Assembly (NCBI GenBank): GCA_965223845.1
Contig: CBDCXR010000004.1
Location: 2,720,001 to 2,784,000, forward strand
From: Planctomycetota bacterium
GTDB lineage: Bacteria > Planctomycetota > UBA8108 > SXIK01
Length of the DNA stretch: 64,000 nucleotides
Direction: 5' to 3'
Of this stretch, positions 38,749 to 47,410 are shown in pieces; the stretch's first letter is position 1; every line of letters starts with the position of its first letter. Made by a program: the position numbers and the translations under genes. Under the pieces are notes generated by a model. The model was not told the DNA's origin, did no database searches, and worked only from the letters and a program-made list of their open reading frames with translations.

Positions 38749-38821
38749 TTCGGCTTCGTCCTCGATGCCGTCGCCGGCCACCGTTCCGCCCCGGCGGAGA
38801 TCCGCCGAGCCGGAATCGCCA

Positions 38822-40183
38822 TCACCCCGCGACTTCGCCGGCCCACTCGCCGCGCGCCCCCCGATCATCCACCGCCGTGATCCGGACCGGCTGGCATGTG
38901 CCGGGGAAGCGCCTCGCCGCGCGCTCCGACGGCGCCGCAAACCGCACCCTAACGTAGTGCTCGGTGAATCCCTCGAGGAGATCGTCCCCTCCCTGGACGG
39001 CCGCCGCGTCGCGTTCGAGACTCGACGCGGTCGCGTCCTCGTCGTCGCCCTCGACGAGGATCTCCACCGTCTCCCCCACGAACCGCTCCCGAAACTCGCG
39101 GCCGAGCTCTCCTTCGAGCGTCCGCAAGACTCGTGCTCGGCGGTGAATCTCGGGCGGCTCCACGTGCTCCCCGAGCTTTGCCGCGAGCGTCCCCTCTCGC
39201 CGGCTGTACGGGAATACGTGAATTTTGGCGAATTCGAGCTCGCGACACACGTCGAGTGTCGCCGTAAAGTCGCGCTCGCTCTCACCGGGGTGGCCGACGA
39301 TCACATCGGTCGAAATCGCGATCCGACCGCGCCGTCGTTCGAGTTCGGCGACGACCGCGCGAAACTCGTCCACTGTGTAGTCGCGACGCATTCGCTCGAG
39401 CACGCCGTCGGATCCGGCCTGAAGCGGAATGTGCCAGTGCGCGCAGAACGGCGGCTCACTCAGTACGTCGAAGAGGCGATCGTCGAACGTCCTCACACCG
39501 ATGCTGCTCAGTCGGATTCGCCTCAGCTCGGTCGCGCCGGCGATGCGCTCGAGGAGATCCGCGAGCCCGATCGGTGGATCCAGATCGCGGCCGTAGTCCT
39601 GAAGGTGAACGCCGGTTACGACGACTTCCTCGAAGCCGTGCTCGGCGAGACGGCGGATCTCCTCGAGCACCGCGTCGGGGTCGCGGCTCCGGGATCGGCC
39701 CCGGAGAAACGGGATCACACAGAAGCTGCAGAAACTATCACAGCCGTCCTGCACCTTCAGATTCGCCCGCGTCCGCCCCCGATAGCGCGAGATCTCGAGT
39801 CGGAAGATATCGCGATCGCGCTCGGGGAAGGCCTCCCCGGGCTTCCAGCCTCCATCGAGGAAGCTCGCCACCAGGGTCTTCTCTTCGTTGCCGGCGAGAA
39901 CGGCGACCTGCGGAATCGCGCTCAGACGTTCGCGCTCGGACGGCGTCGAGCAACCGACAACGATGATGCGCGCCGCGGGGTTCGTGCGCGCGACTCGCTG
40001 CACGTACTTTCGGCTCTTCACGCCACTCGTCGCCGTAACCGAGCAGGTGTTGACGACGTAGACGTCCGCCGGGACCGTGTACGGCACCTCGCGGTAGCCG
40101 AGGTTCAACACCTCCTCGCGGATGGCCTCGGTGTCATACTGATTGATCTTGCACCCGAGGGTGACGAACGCCGCGGACTTCAT
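38822..40183 (-). CDS. mtaB: tRNA t6A37 methylthiotransferase MtaB
   Basis: [48 protein letters not shown]-terminal TRAM-like domain. Confidence 0.92.
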   Translation of the reverse strand: MKSAAFVTLGCKINQYDTEAIREEVLNLGYREVPYTVPADVYVVNTCSVTATSGVKSRKYVQRVARTNPAARIIVVGCSTPSERERLSAIPQVAVLAGNEEKTLVASFLDGGWKPGEAFPERDRDIFRLEISRYRGRTRANLKVQDGCDSFCSFCVIPFLRGRSRSRDPDAVLEEIRRLAEHGFEEVVVTGVHLQDYGRDLDPPIGLADLLERIAGATELRRIRLSSIGVRTFDDRLFDVLSEPPFCAHWHIPLQAGSDGVLERMRRDYTVDEFRAVVAELERRRGRIAISTDVIVGHPGESERDFTATLDVCRELEFAKIHVFPYSRREGTLAAKLGEHVEPPEIHRRARVLRTLEGELGREFRERFVGETVEILVEGDDEDATASSLERDAAAVQGGDDLLEGFTEHYVRVRFAAPSERAARRFPGTCQPVRITAVDDRGARGEWAGEVAG

Positions 40184-40192
40184 GATCGCCGC

Positions 40193-40221
40193 ACTATACG
40201 GAGCGCGAACGGGGGGCACAA
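40193..40221 (-). promoter_or_regulatory. Promoter for mtaB, near-leaderless
   Basis: TTGTGC-17 nt-TATAGT ending 9 nt before the ATG. Confidence 0.45.
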
Positions 40222-40306
40222 CTGGGCGCCGTTCCGTTCCCGTTCCAGCCGCTTCGTCGGAGCGCACGAGACCACCGGCTGAAGCGTTCGCCGGTGCAGC
40301 CAGTTT

Positions 40307-40804
40307 CTAGGCGCCGAACACCGCACGGAGGGCGCGCTCGACCGGCGCGGTCACGAGCGGCGCGATCGTCCCCCCCTCGGCGGCGATCTGGCGCACGAGA
40401 GTCGACGAGATAAACGCGAACTCCGGTCGGGTCGGAATGAAGATCGTCTCGACCGGAGCCGGGCCGCACAGGCGATTCGTGTGCGCCATCGGGAGCTCGT
40501 ACCCCGCGTCCGCGCTCGAGCGCAGCCCGCGCAAGATCCAGTCGGCTCCCGTCGCCGCAGCGAAATCGACCGTGAGGCCGGAAAACGTTCGCGCCGAGAC
40601 CCCCTCGAGGCCCTCGATTTCGGCGCTGAGGAGACTCAGACGCTCGGACGCGGGAAGAAGACTCGACTTCTCCGGATTGTCGAGCACGCCGACGACGACG
40701 CGATCGAAGAGCTGGGCCGCCCGGGCGATGACGTCGAGATGCCCCCTCGTCACCGGATCGAAGCTCCCGGGGAACACCGCGACTCGCCGCGATCGACTCG
40801 TCAT
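40307..40804 (-). CDS. coaD: Phosphopantetheine adenylyltransferase
   Basis: AVFPGSFDPVTRGHLDV, LRGLR, FISSTLVRQIA. Confidence 0.97.
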   Translation of the reverse strand: MTSRSRRVAVFPGSFDPVTRGHLDVIARAAQLFDRVVVGVLDNPEKSSLLPASERLSLLSAEIEGLEGVSARTFSGLTVDFAAATGADWILRGLRSSADAGYELPMAHTNRLCGPAPVETIFIPTRPEFAFISSTLVRQIAAEGGTIAPLVTAPVERALRAVFGA

Positions 40805-40865
40805 TCCTGTCGCTCCTCGTCTCCCGTTCAGTCCCCGCCGCTCTCGCGATTCTACTGGGCCGCCG

Positions 40866-43688
40866 TCAACGGAACCACTGGGCCCGCAGCATCTCGACCG
40901 GCATGAAGTTCACGTAGTAGGTTCGGTTTCGATCCTCTCCGACGTCCTCTTCGAACGAGAACGAGAGGGCGAAGCGATCGAACACCCGGGTCACCCCGAC
41001 ACGGATCTCGACGTCTCGGCGACGCTCGAAGTCGTGCGCGTAGAACGCGTCGAAGGCCCACTTCGGATTGAGCCAGAACCGTACGTTCCCGTAGAGGACG
41101 TTCGTCCGCCGGCGCGTCAGCCGGTCTCCCACGATGAGGCGCAGAGCGTCCGGAACGAGCTGAATGGAAGCCGAAGCGTCGACGCGTTCGAGGCGGAAAT
41201 CTCGGTTCGGATTCAGCTCCGACCAGTACCGAAACGAGACGCGACGCACGTACAGCGTGTTGTCGAGCCGGAGGAACGAGCTCCGATCGCCGCCGTTGTC
41301 ACGCCGGCGCTGCGGGTAAACGACGACGCTGATATCGCTGTCGAATACACGGTCCGTCGCGTAGCGCGCCGTCGCGAGCGCCTCCCGCTCGCCGAGCCGT
41401 GCCGACACGCTCCGCAGCTCGCCGGGGAGTCGTCGTCGCGAATGGAGCTCGTTCCGAAGCGAGAGACTGAAGCTCTCCTCGAGATCGACGGTGTCGACGG
41501 CGTCGACACCGATCAAGCGCTCGGGCGCGAGATCGTTCGTCGTGACGTTCAAATAGGTGAGACGCGGTACGACGATGTGCTTGAGGCGCTCGATCCCGAG
41601 CTTCTCGCGAACGAGGCTGCCCTCATCGAGCGCGAATACCCGGCTCCACTGCTGGCTGAGTGTGACGCCGGCTCCGAACGTGACGCGATCCTCGTCTTGG
41701 TCCAGCGGATCGAGCACCTCCTCGAACGCGCTGTAACGGCCGAACGCGAACGGGAGCGCGTCGAGATACGGCGACAGCAACCGGAGCGGGTACGACCACT
41801 CGTTTCGCACATCGAAGCGACCGAAGCGACGATCGGGGAGCCCGGTCGCGTCGTCGGGCCGCACACGAAGATGCGCTGCCTGCACCGTGAGGTCGGTGTA
41901 GAGCCCGGTCGAGAAGACGGGCTGCTGAAACACCGAGAAGCGCCCTTCGGGAAGCCGCTCCGTCACGGTCGCGAAGTCGTTCGTTCTCACCTTGGCGAGT
42001 GCGGTGACGGCGAGGTTGTCGCGAACGTTTCGGCGCCAGTAGGCGAGCGTCTCCTGCTCCTTCTCTTCCTTGGCCTCGCGCTCGAAAAACTCCCCGAGAA
42101 ACGCGCGGTCGGAGAGCTTGGAGTACTCCAGATCAAGCAGGCCCACGTACGGAATGGCTTGGCGGTGCCAGATCCGCCCCCAGTCGCGCGACTCCCGCGG
42201 CACCGGAAGGCGAGTGGTGCGGTCCTCGTCGCCGCGGTCCTCGATGCGAAAGTACCGCCCGTCGCCGGTGAAGGACCAGCCGAGCTGCTCGGTCTGCCAC
42301 GGCCCCCACCGGCGCGGCCGGAGCCCGTAGGCTCCGTTCGGTCCCCAGCCGAAGCCACGCCGGTCGTAGTAGACCGTGTCGAAGCCGAGCCGAGCGTTCC
42401 GGTCGAAGCGCTCGAGGCCGGACGAGTCGCCGAGCGGAAAGAGTCGCGCGAGGTAGTTGACGTTCCAGTTGACCCCGAGAAAGGGTCCGAACTGAGATGA
42501 GCTCCCGGGCTCGATCGACCGGATCGGCATGAAGTCGTTCCATCGCGTGTCCCAGTAGCCCACCGGGAGCGGCGCGACGGGTTGATCGAGAATAGACACC
42601 CACGTGCCGTCCGGATCGATGATGAACGCGGGAAGCGTCCCCGTCTCTCGCTCGGCTCGCAGGCGGTCGCGGAGTCGCTCGAGCTCGCCGCTCGCGTCGA
42701 CTTCCGCCCGCGGATCGATGCGGCGGAGCGCAGCGAGCTCTTCCGTGCTCAGATCCGCGGGAAACACCTCGATTTCATCCGAGGCGAGCGCGATGGGCGG
42801 GACCGCGAGCTGCGAATTCGTCGCGCGAACACGTCGCCCGCGAAAGTACTGAAAGCGATGGAGGAGGAGCTCCTCGGCACGCAGGACGAGGGGAGACTCG
42901 TAGAGCGGCCGGTGCGGATTCGAGACGTCGTTGGCCGGCGTGCCTCGGCCGAGCTTCGACTCGATGACGGTCGGGATGTGAACCGCTCTCTCGACCGTCG
43001 TCATCAGACGGACGCCGCGGGCGACGCCGATCCCCGTGGGGTGCTCGAAATAGAGCTCGTCGGCTTCCAGATGGGTTCCCTGTCTCTCGAGGTCCACGCG
43101 GACCCGTCCGCGTGCGTAAGCGGTCACTCGGCGAAACCGCTGTCCGCTCACCGTCGCTGGGGCGACGGAATCGGACGCTCGCGCCCGCGAAGCCTCTTCC
43201 GCGTCCGACTCTCCCGACGCGTCGTCGTCGCGAATGCGATCGGCGAGGTCGGCGAAGACGACGAGCAGGTCGGCCTGAATCCGGACCGGCTCCCCCTCGA
43301 ATGAATAGCGCCAATCGACAGAGCCGACGGCGTATCCCGCGATGCGCTGATCCTCCTCGGTCCGCACGAGCGGGAGGTCGATCACCGTCCGCTCGGCCCG
43401 CGGACGCTGCGCGCCGCGAAGATCGATGCCGAGAGTCTGAAGCGAGATCGACCCGGATGACTCTGGCGGGAACTCTTCGTCGGAGTCGCCCGCCGAAACC
43501 TCCGGCTCGTCGACGTCCGGCGGGATCGTGGGAAGGGGCGCCCCGTCGCCTGCGAACGCCCGCGCGGCGGCCATCGATCCGATGAGCACCACGATTCCCC
43601 CGCGGAGCGCGAGCCGCACCCGGGCGCAGGCACGCTGCGACGTTCGAGCAGCGGCGATCTCGCTCACGCTGTCACCCGATCTCTTCAC
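40866..43688 (-). CDS. lptD: LptD-like outer-membrane protein (LPS assembly)
   Basis: 940 aa; OstA-like N-terminus (ARGRVRV..LEADELYF); beta-barrel C-terminus with SDRAFLGEFFE, ERLPE, KHIVVP. Start uncertain. Confidence 0.65.
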   Translation of the reverse strand: MKRSGDSVSEIAAARTSQRACARVRLALRGGIVVLIGSMAAARAFAGDGAPLPTIPPDVDEPEVSAGDSDEEFPPESSGSISLQTLGIDLRGAQRPRAERTVIDLPLVRTEEDQRIAGYAVGSVDWRYSFEGEPVRIQADLLVVFADLADRIRDDDASGESDAEEASRARASDSVAPATVSGQRFRRVTAYARGRVRVDLERQGTHLEADELYFEHPTGIGVARGVRLMTTVERAVHIPTVIESKLGRGTPANDVSNPHRPLYESPLVLRAEELLLHRFQYFRGRRVRATNSQLAVPPIALASDEIEVFPADLSTEELAALRRIDPRAEVDASGELERLRDRLRAERETGTLPAFIIDPDGTWVSILDQPVAPLPVGYWDTRWNDFMPIRSIEPGSSSQFGPFLGVNWNVNYLARLFPLGDSSGLERFDRNARLGFDTVYYDRRGFGWGPNGAYGLRPRRWGPWQTEQLGWSFTGDGRYFRIEDRGDEDRTTRLPVPRESRDWGRIWHRQAIPYVGLLDLEYSKLSDRAFLGEFFEREAKEEKEQETLAYWRRNVRDNLAVTALAKVRTNDFATVTERLPEGRFSVFQQPVFSTGLYTDLTVQAAHLRVRPDDATGLPDRRFGRFDVRNEWSYPLRLLSPYLDALPFAFGRYSAFEEVLDPLDQDEDRVTFGAGVTLSQQWSRVFALDEGSLVREKLGIERLKHIVVPRLTYLNVTTNDLAPERLIGVDAVDTVDLEESFSLSLRNELHSRRRLPGELRSVSARLGEREALATARYATDRVFDSDISVVVYPQRRRDNGGDRSSFLRLDNTLYVRRVSFRYWSELNPNRDFRLERVDASASIQLVPDALRLIVGDRLTRRRTNVLYGNVRFWLNPKWAFDAFYAHDFERRRDVEIRVGVTRVFDRFALSFSFEEDVGEDRNRTYYVNFMPVEMLRAQWFR

Positions 43689-43800
43689 CCTCGGTCAGCT
43701 CCCGCCAGTCGCGCCGGGCGGCCGGCCGCTGGCTTCCGGCGCGCCGAAGCGAAGCGCGAGCTGTCGCTCGCGCCGCTGGTGCGTCCGCCGGACTCCGGGC

Positions 43801-43828
43801 ATGGTACGTCAGCCCGAGGCCGTGTCAA
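43801..43828 (-). promoter_or_regulatory. Sigma70-type promoter of lptD-coaD
   Basis: TTGACA-16 nt-TACCAT on the minus strand. A divergent TTCCGA-18-TACTAT lies at 43884-43913 on the plus strand. Confidence 0.55.
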
Positions 43829-44091
43829 GGTGACCGGAGCCGGAGCCGCGTGCGCTCCAGAACGTCGCCGCCGAGTAGTTTCCTTCCGAAACGCGCGCCG
43901 GAGGGCGTACTATCCGGTAGCGCAGGGTCGGGTAGAGGGTGCCCACTTTCGGCAAGAAGATTGCACCCGAGTCCATCACCCCGCCACCCGGCGCCTCGTC
44001 GACGGCGGCTCTTCGCGGCTCTCCGCGCGAACCCGGCGCGCTTCGCGCCGCCCTCCCTCCATCTTTGCCCCAACTCCACGGAGCTTCTCTC

Positions 44092-45606
44092 ATGAACGCC
44101 GCACGACGCTGCGTGATCCTCGGCGCGATCGCCGCTTTCGCTTCCGCCGGGCTGCCGCTCACCGCGCAGACTCCGCCTGTCCAAGGCGTGGACAAGACTC
44201 CGGACTGTGGCCAGCTCCACCACGAGATCCTCGAGTACTACCGCGGCCTGCCGACCTCCTTTCGCATGTCGAACGCGGAAGCGGACCGCCTCGCGCTGGC
44301 GACAAACGACGTACTCCTCAAAGCGAAGAGCTATCTCACCCGATGCGCGAAGTCCGTCGACCCGGCGGTCGTCGGAGAGGTCGAGTTCGTCGCCGCGAAA
44401 GCGACGTATCTCCTCTCGAAGCGATACCGAACGCAGGTCTTCGCCGAGCTCAAGGACACGCTCCAGGGAAAAGAGCTCCGGGCCGAGCTCCTTCGCCGCG
44501 TGCGGGACTACCTCGGCCAGGTCGATCTCCTCGCCGAGCGTGCGATCGCGAAGCTGCCGCGAACGCACGAGCTTCGCCCCCGGGCGATGGAGATCGCTGC
44601 GCTCAGCGTTCACGAGGCCGAACGCCCCGTCGACGCCGCGGCGAAGTACCGGCGGTTCCTCCGGGAGCACCCCGGGGACGAACGCGCGCACGCGATGGTG
44701 AACGGTCTCGCCCGAGCATTCCTCGATGCCGAGAGCTTCGACGACGGCATCGCTCTCCTCGAACGCGCGCTCCGCGATCACTACCGCTCGGCGAGCTACC
44801 CGTACTTCGTCGACGCGCTGCGCCGCATGTACGGCGGTGCGGGGAAGATCGACGAGTACCGAAAGATCGTCCGCACTGGACTCATCGTCTTTCCGCTCAA
44901 GCAAAAGAACACTCGGCTCTCCGCCCACCTCCGCAACGTCTTCGAACGCTTCGAGGTGTTCTTCGGCTACTGGAACGGATACGGCGCCCTCGCGGCCGGT
45001 GACTTCGACGGCGCGCAAAAGGCGTTCGAGAAGCACATCGCTGCGGTCAACGCGCTCGAAAAGGCGTACGAATCGAAGGGGCGCGCGATCAAGCCCGAGT
45101 ACGGCATCTATCGAGCTCGTTCGGAGCTCGCGCTCAAGTTCGTGACCGAGCTCAGCGGTCGCCCGGCGCCGCGGGAGCTCGACGCGGCCTGGATCACGGA
45201 CAAGAAGCTGACGATCGGCGAATCGCTCGGGAGCGTCGCCGGGATTCTCTTTCGGGGGGTGAACGACGAGAGATCACAGGAGTTCATGTCGCGACTCTCG
45301 CACGTGTGCAGCGCGGAGCCCGATCTCGCGATGGCGGCGATCCACTATCTCCGCGAGCAGCAGCCGCTCCCGCTGCGCGAGCGCATCCTTCGCGAGGAGA
45401 TCGATTCGATCGACTTCGTCGGGGCGGCCGGCTTCGACCCGGACGACGAGAACCAGGAGATCTTCCGTGCGTACTCCGCGAAAGTCGGAAGCGCGACCTT
45501 CGTCGTCGTCGACCGGACCGGGAACCTCGTCTGGCACATGGAGGATCCCCGCGGAGTCGACGTCGGGCTCGTCACTGCGATCATGAAACGCGTCGGCGAA
45601 AACTGA
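44092..45606 (+). CDS. Secreted TPR protein with C-terminal thioredoxin/TlpA-like fold lacking CxxC
   Basis: Signal peptide; TPRs; RPAPRELDAAWIT...LGSVAGILF and ATFVVVDRTGNLVW resemble TlpA. GGAG RBS before ATG 44092. Confidence 0.7.
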   Translation: MNAARRCVILGAIAAFASAGLPLTAQTPPVQGVDKTPDCGQLHHEILEYYRGLPTSFRMSNAEADRLALATNDVLLKAKSYLTRCAKSVDPAVVGEVEFVAAKATYLLSKRYRTQVFAELKDTLQGKELRAELLRRVRDYLGQVDLLAERAIAKLPRTHELRPRAMEIAALSVHEAERPVDAAAKYRRFLREHPGDERAHAMVNGLARAFLDAESFDDGIALLERALRDHYRSASYPYFVDALRRMYGGAGKIDEYRKIVRTGLIVFPLKQKNTRLSAHLRNVFERFEVFFGYWNGYGALAAGDFDGAQKAFEKHIAAVNALEKAYESKGRAIKPEYGIYRARSELALKFVTELSGRPAPRELDAAWITDKKLTIGESLGSVAGILFRGVNDERSQEFMSRLSHVCSAEPDLAMAAIHYLREQQPLPLRERILREEIDSIDFVGAAGFDPDDENQEIFRAYSAKVGSATFVVVDRTGNLVWHMEDPRGVDVGLVTAIMKRVGEN

Positions 45607-45666
45607 CGGCGAGGCCGAAGCCCCCCGCGCCGGCGCGGCTTCGTCGCGTCGGATCCTCGCGCGGCC

Positions 45667-46383
45667 CTAGCCGCCGATGACCTGCGGCTCGTCGTCCTCG
45701 TACGCGTCTTGCCCGGTGATCTCCACCGAAAGCGACGAGAGGAGATCCTGGATCCGGCGCTCCTTCGAGTTCACCCAGAGAACGTGATCGAGAACGATCG
45801 CCTGCTTCTCGCTCGTCGGGTAGATCACGACTCGCCCAGCTCCGAGAAGGAAGAACTCGAAGACGTCGTTGATCTCCTTCGTCATCTTGAGGTTCGGCGA
45901 GGGGTAGCGCTTCACGTCGCCGAGGAAGCCTTCCTTGTGAAGGATCTCGTTGCTCTTCACGATCCAGTAGTCGAACCGGGTCGTAATGAAGACTCCCGTG
46001 AGGATGACGGAGAGGTAGGTACCGAGCGTAAAGTAAAAGTGATTCGAGACGCGGAGATCGAACGCGAGCACGAAGTCGCGGATGAACTGTAAGACCTGCC
46101 ACCGAGTTCCGAGGTAGAGAAGTAGAAAGAAGACGGCGAGGAGAAAGAAGAAGATCGCGACGGTCTTAAAGCGCGAGAACTCGAACGAGATCACGAGAAG
46201 GTTGAGCGCGAGGACGACGAAGAAGATCTCACCCGCGATCGGCGCCGCTTCGGACTCGATCCCGCCTTCGCTCAGGAGCTGCCAGGTGCCGCAGATGAGG
46301 CTGAAGACGAGGACCGGATAGAGGAACACCACCTTCGGGTAGGACCGGATCGTGATCTGGTCTCGCTGCGGCCGGTCGGTCAT
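45667..46383 (-). CDS. Hypothetical membrane protein (4 TM plus soluble C-terminus)
   Basis: GAGGAG RBS; four hydrophobic helices; coding-like composition. Confidence 0.75.
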   Translation of the reverse strand: MTDRPQRDQITIRSYPKVVFLYPVLVFSLICGTWQLLSEGGIESEAAPIAGEIFFVVLALNLLVISFEFSRFKTVAIFFFLLAVFFLLLYLGTRWQVLQFIRDFVLAFDLRVSNHFYFTLGTYLSVILTGVFITTRFDYWIVKSNEILHKEGFLGDVKRYPSPNLKMTKEINDVFEFFLLGAGRVVIYPTSEKQAIVLDHVLWVNSKERRIQDLLSSLSVEITGQDAYEDDEPQVIGG

Positions 46384-46692
46384 CTCGATCCCGTCTCCTC
46401 TTGGCTGTCGCTACGATCCGCGCCGCGCTCAGGGGCGCGCAGAATCCGCCGGCGCACCGCTCCATGCGGGGGCGGCGCGGGCGCTGAGGTCTCCCCCGTG
46501 ATGACGAGAACCGGCTCCGCGGGTTTCCGCCTTTTTTCGCTGGCCGGCACATTTTCTTCATCCGGTGCCCCAGGTTGAAGCGGCTTCTCGACCTTTTCCG
46601 GATTCTCTCGCCCGCCGGTCCGTCCCGGGGCATTCGCTCGGATTCACCGAGGGTCCGCACTCTTCAGCGGAGCGCGCGGTCAGGCCCTGCAG

Positions 46693-46741
46693 AAAAAAGC
46701 GTCGGGCGGGAAGCGACTCATCCCTCGCTTCCCGCCCGACG
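46693..46741 (-). terminator. Rho-independent terminator
   Basis: 17 bp perfect stem cgtcgggcgggaagcga / tcgcttcccgcccgacg followed by T6 on the minus strand, just after the 46794 stop. Confidence 0.85.
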
Positions 46742-46793
46742 AGCGTTCGCGGCCCTCGACTCTACGCGGCGGTACGAGTCCGCGCGAAGAGAT

Positions 46794-47219
46794 TCAGCGA
46801 AGCCGGACGCCGCAGGAGCCGCAGTCGTAGTAGTCGATCACGCGCCGGTGATAGCCGCGCCGAACGACGATCTTCGAGTAGACCGGACGGCCACAGTCGT
46901 CGTAGCCGACGAACACGGTCCGGTAGACGGGCGCGACCCAGACTCGCTTGTAGTGTGGCCGGCGAACGTGACGGTGACAGTGCCGCTCGTAGACCGGGCG
47001 GTGTCGATGCCGGACGTGACGCACTCGGCGATAGCGCGGTCCGTGGTCGTAGTGACGCACGTGTCGCCGTCCACGACCGACACCGAACTCGACGTGCGCG
47101 CCGCGGCTTCCGATGCCGATTTGGAATCCCCAGCGCGGCTTGTGATCGGCCATTGCGGGCGCAGCGATTCCCAGGACGGCGACGACGATCACGGCGGTCG
47201 ATAACTTGGGGCGGTTCAT
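46794..47219 (-). CDS. Small secreted His/Arg-rich protein
   Basis: GGAGG RBS, signal peptide (APAMA/DH), own terminator; RVWVAPVYRTV...CGRPV...CGSCG. Confidence 0.75.
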   Translation of the reverse strand: MNRPKLSTAVIVVAVLGIAAPAMADHKPRWGFQIGIGSRGAHVEFGVGRGRRHVRHYDHGPRYRRVRHVRHRHRPVYERHCHRHVRRPHYKRVWVAPVYRTVFVGYDDCGRPVYSKIVVRRGYHRRVIDYYDCGSCGVRLR

Positions 47220-47270
47220 GGCGTCCTCCACTCGGAACTAGGCAGCGGGACTGGCTTGCTTCTACGCGTG

Positions 47271-47297
47271 AGACGCGGGGACGAGAGGAATTATTCA
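47271..47297 (-). promoter_or_regulatory. Putative ECF-sigma promoter
   Basis: TGAATA-16 nt-CGTCT on the minus strand, about 50 nt before the His/Arg-rich gene. Confidence 0.35.
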
Positions 47298-47410
47298 CTC
47301 CCGCGTTGCGGCGGCGATGGGCCCGCGTGAGAATCCCGTGCTGCCTGACCCACCCGCTCTCCCGCGCGGAGAGCTCCGCCTTGGCACCGTTCACGAGTCC
47401 GGGCGGGGAT

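Noticed and set aside
46565-47410. N-terminal extensions in the ORF track (comEC 1035 aa, der 784 aa, MCP 569 aa, UDG 431 aa, HAD 362 aa)
   Set aside because: The extensions overlap other real genes and are low-complexity; downstream starts fit the families, so these are not true fusions.
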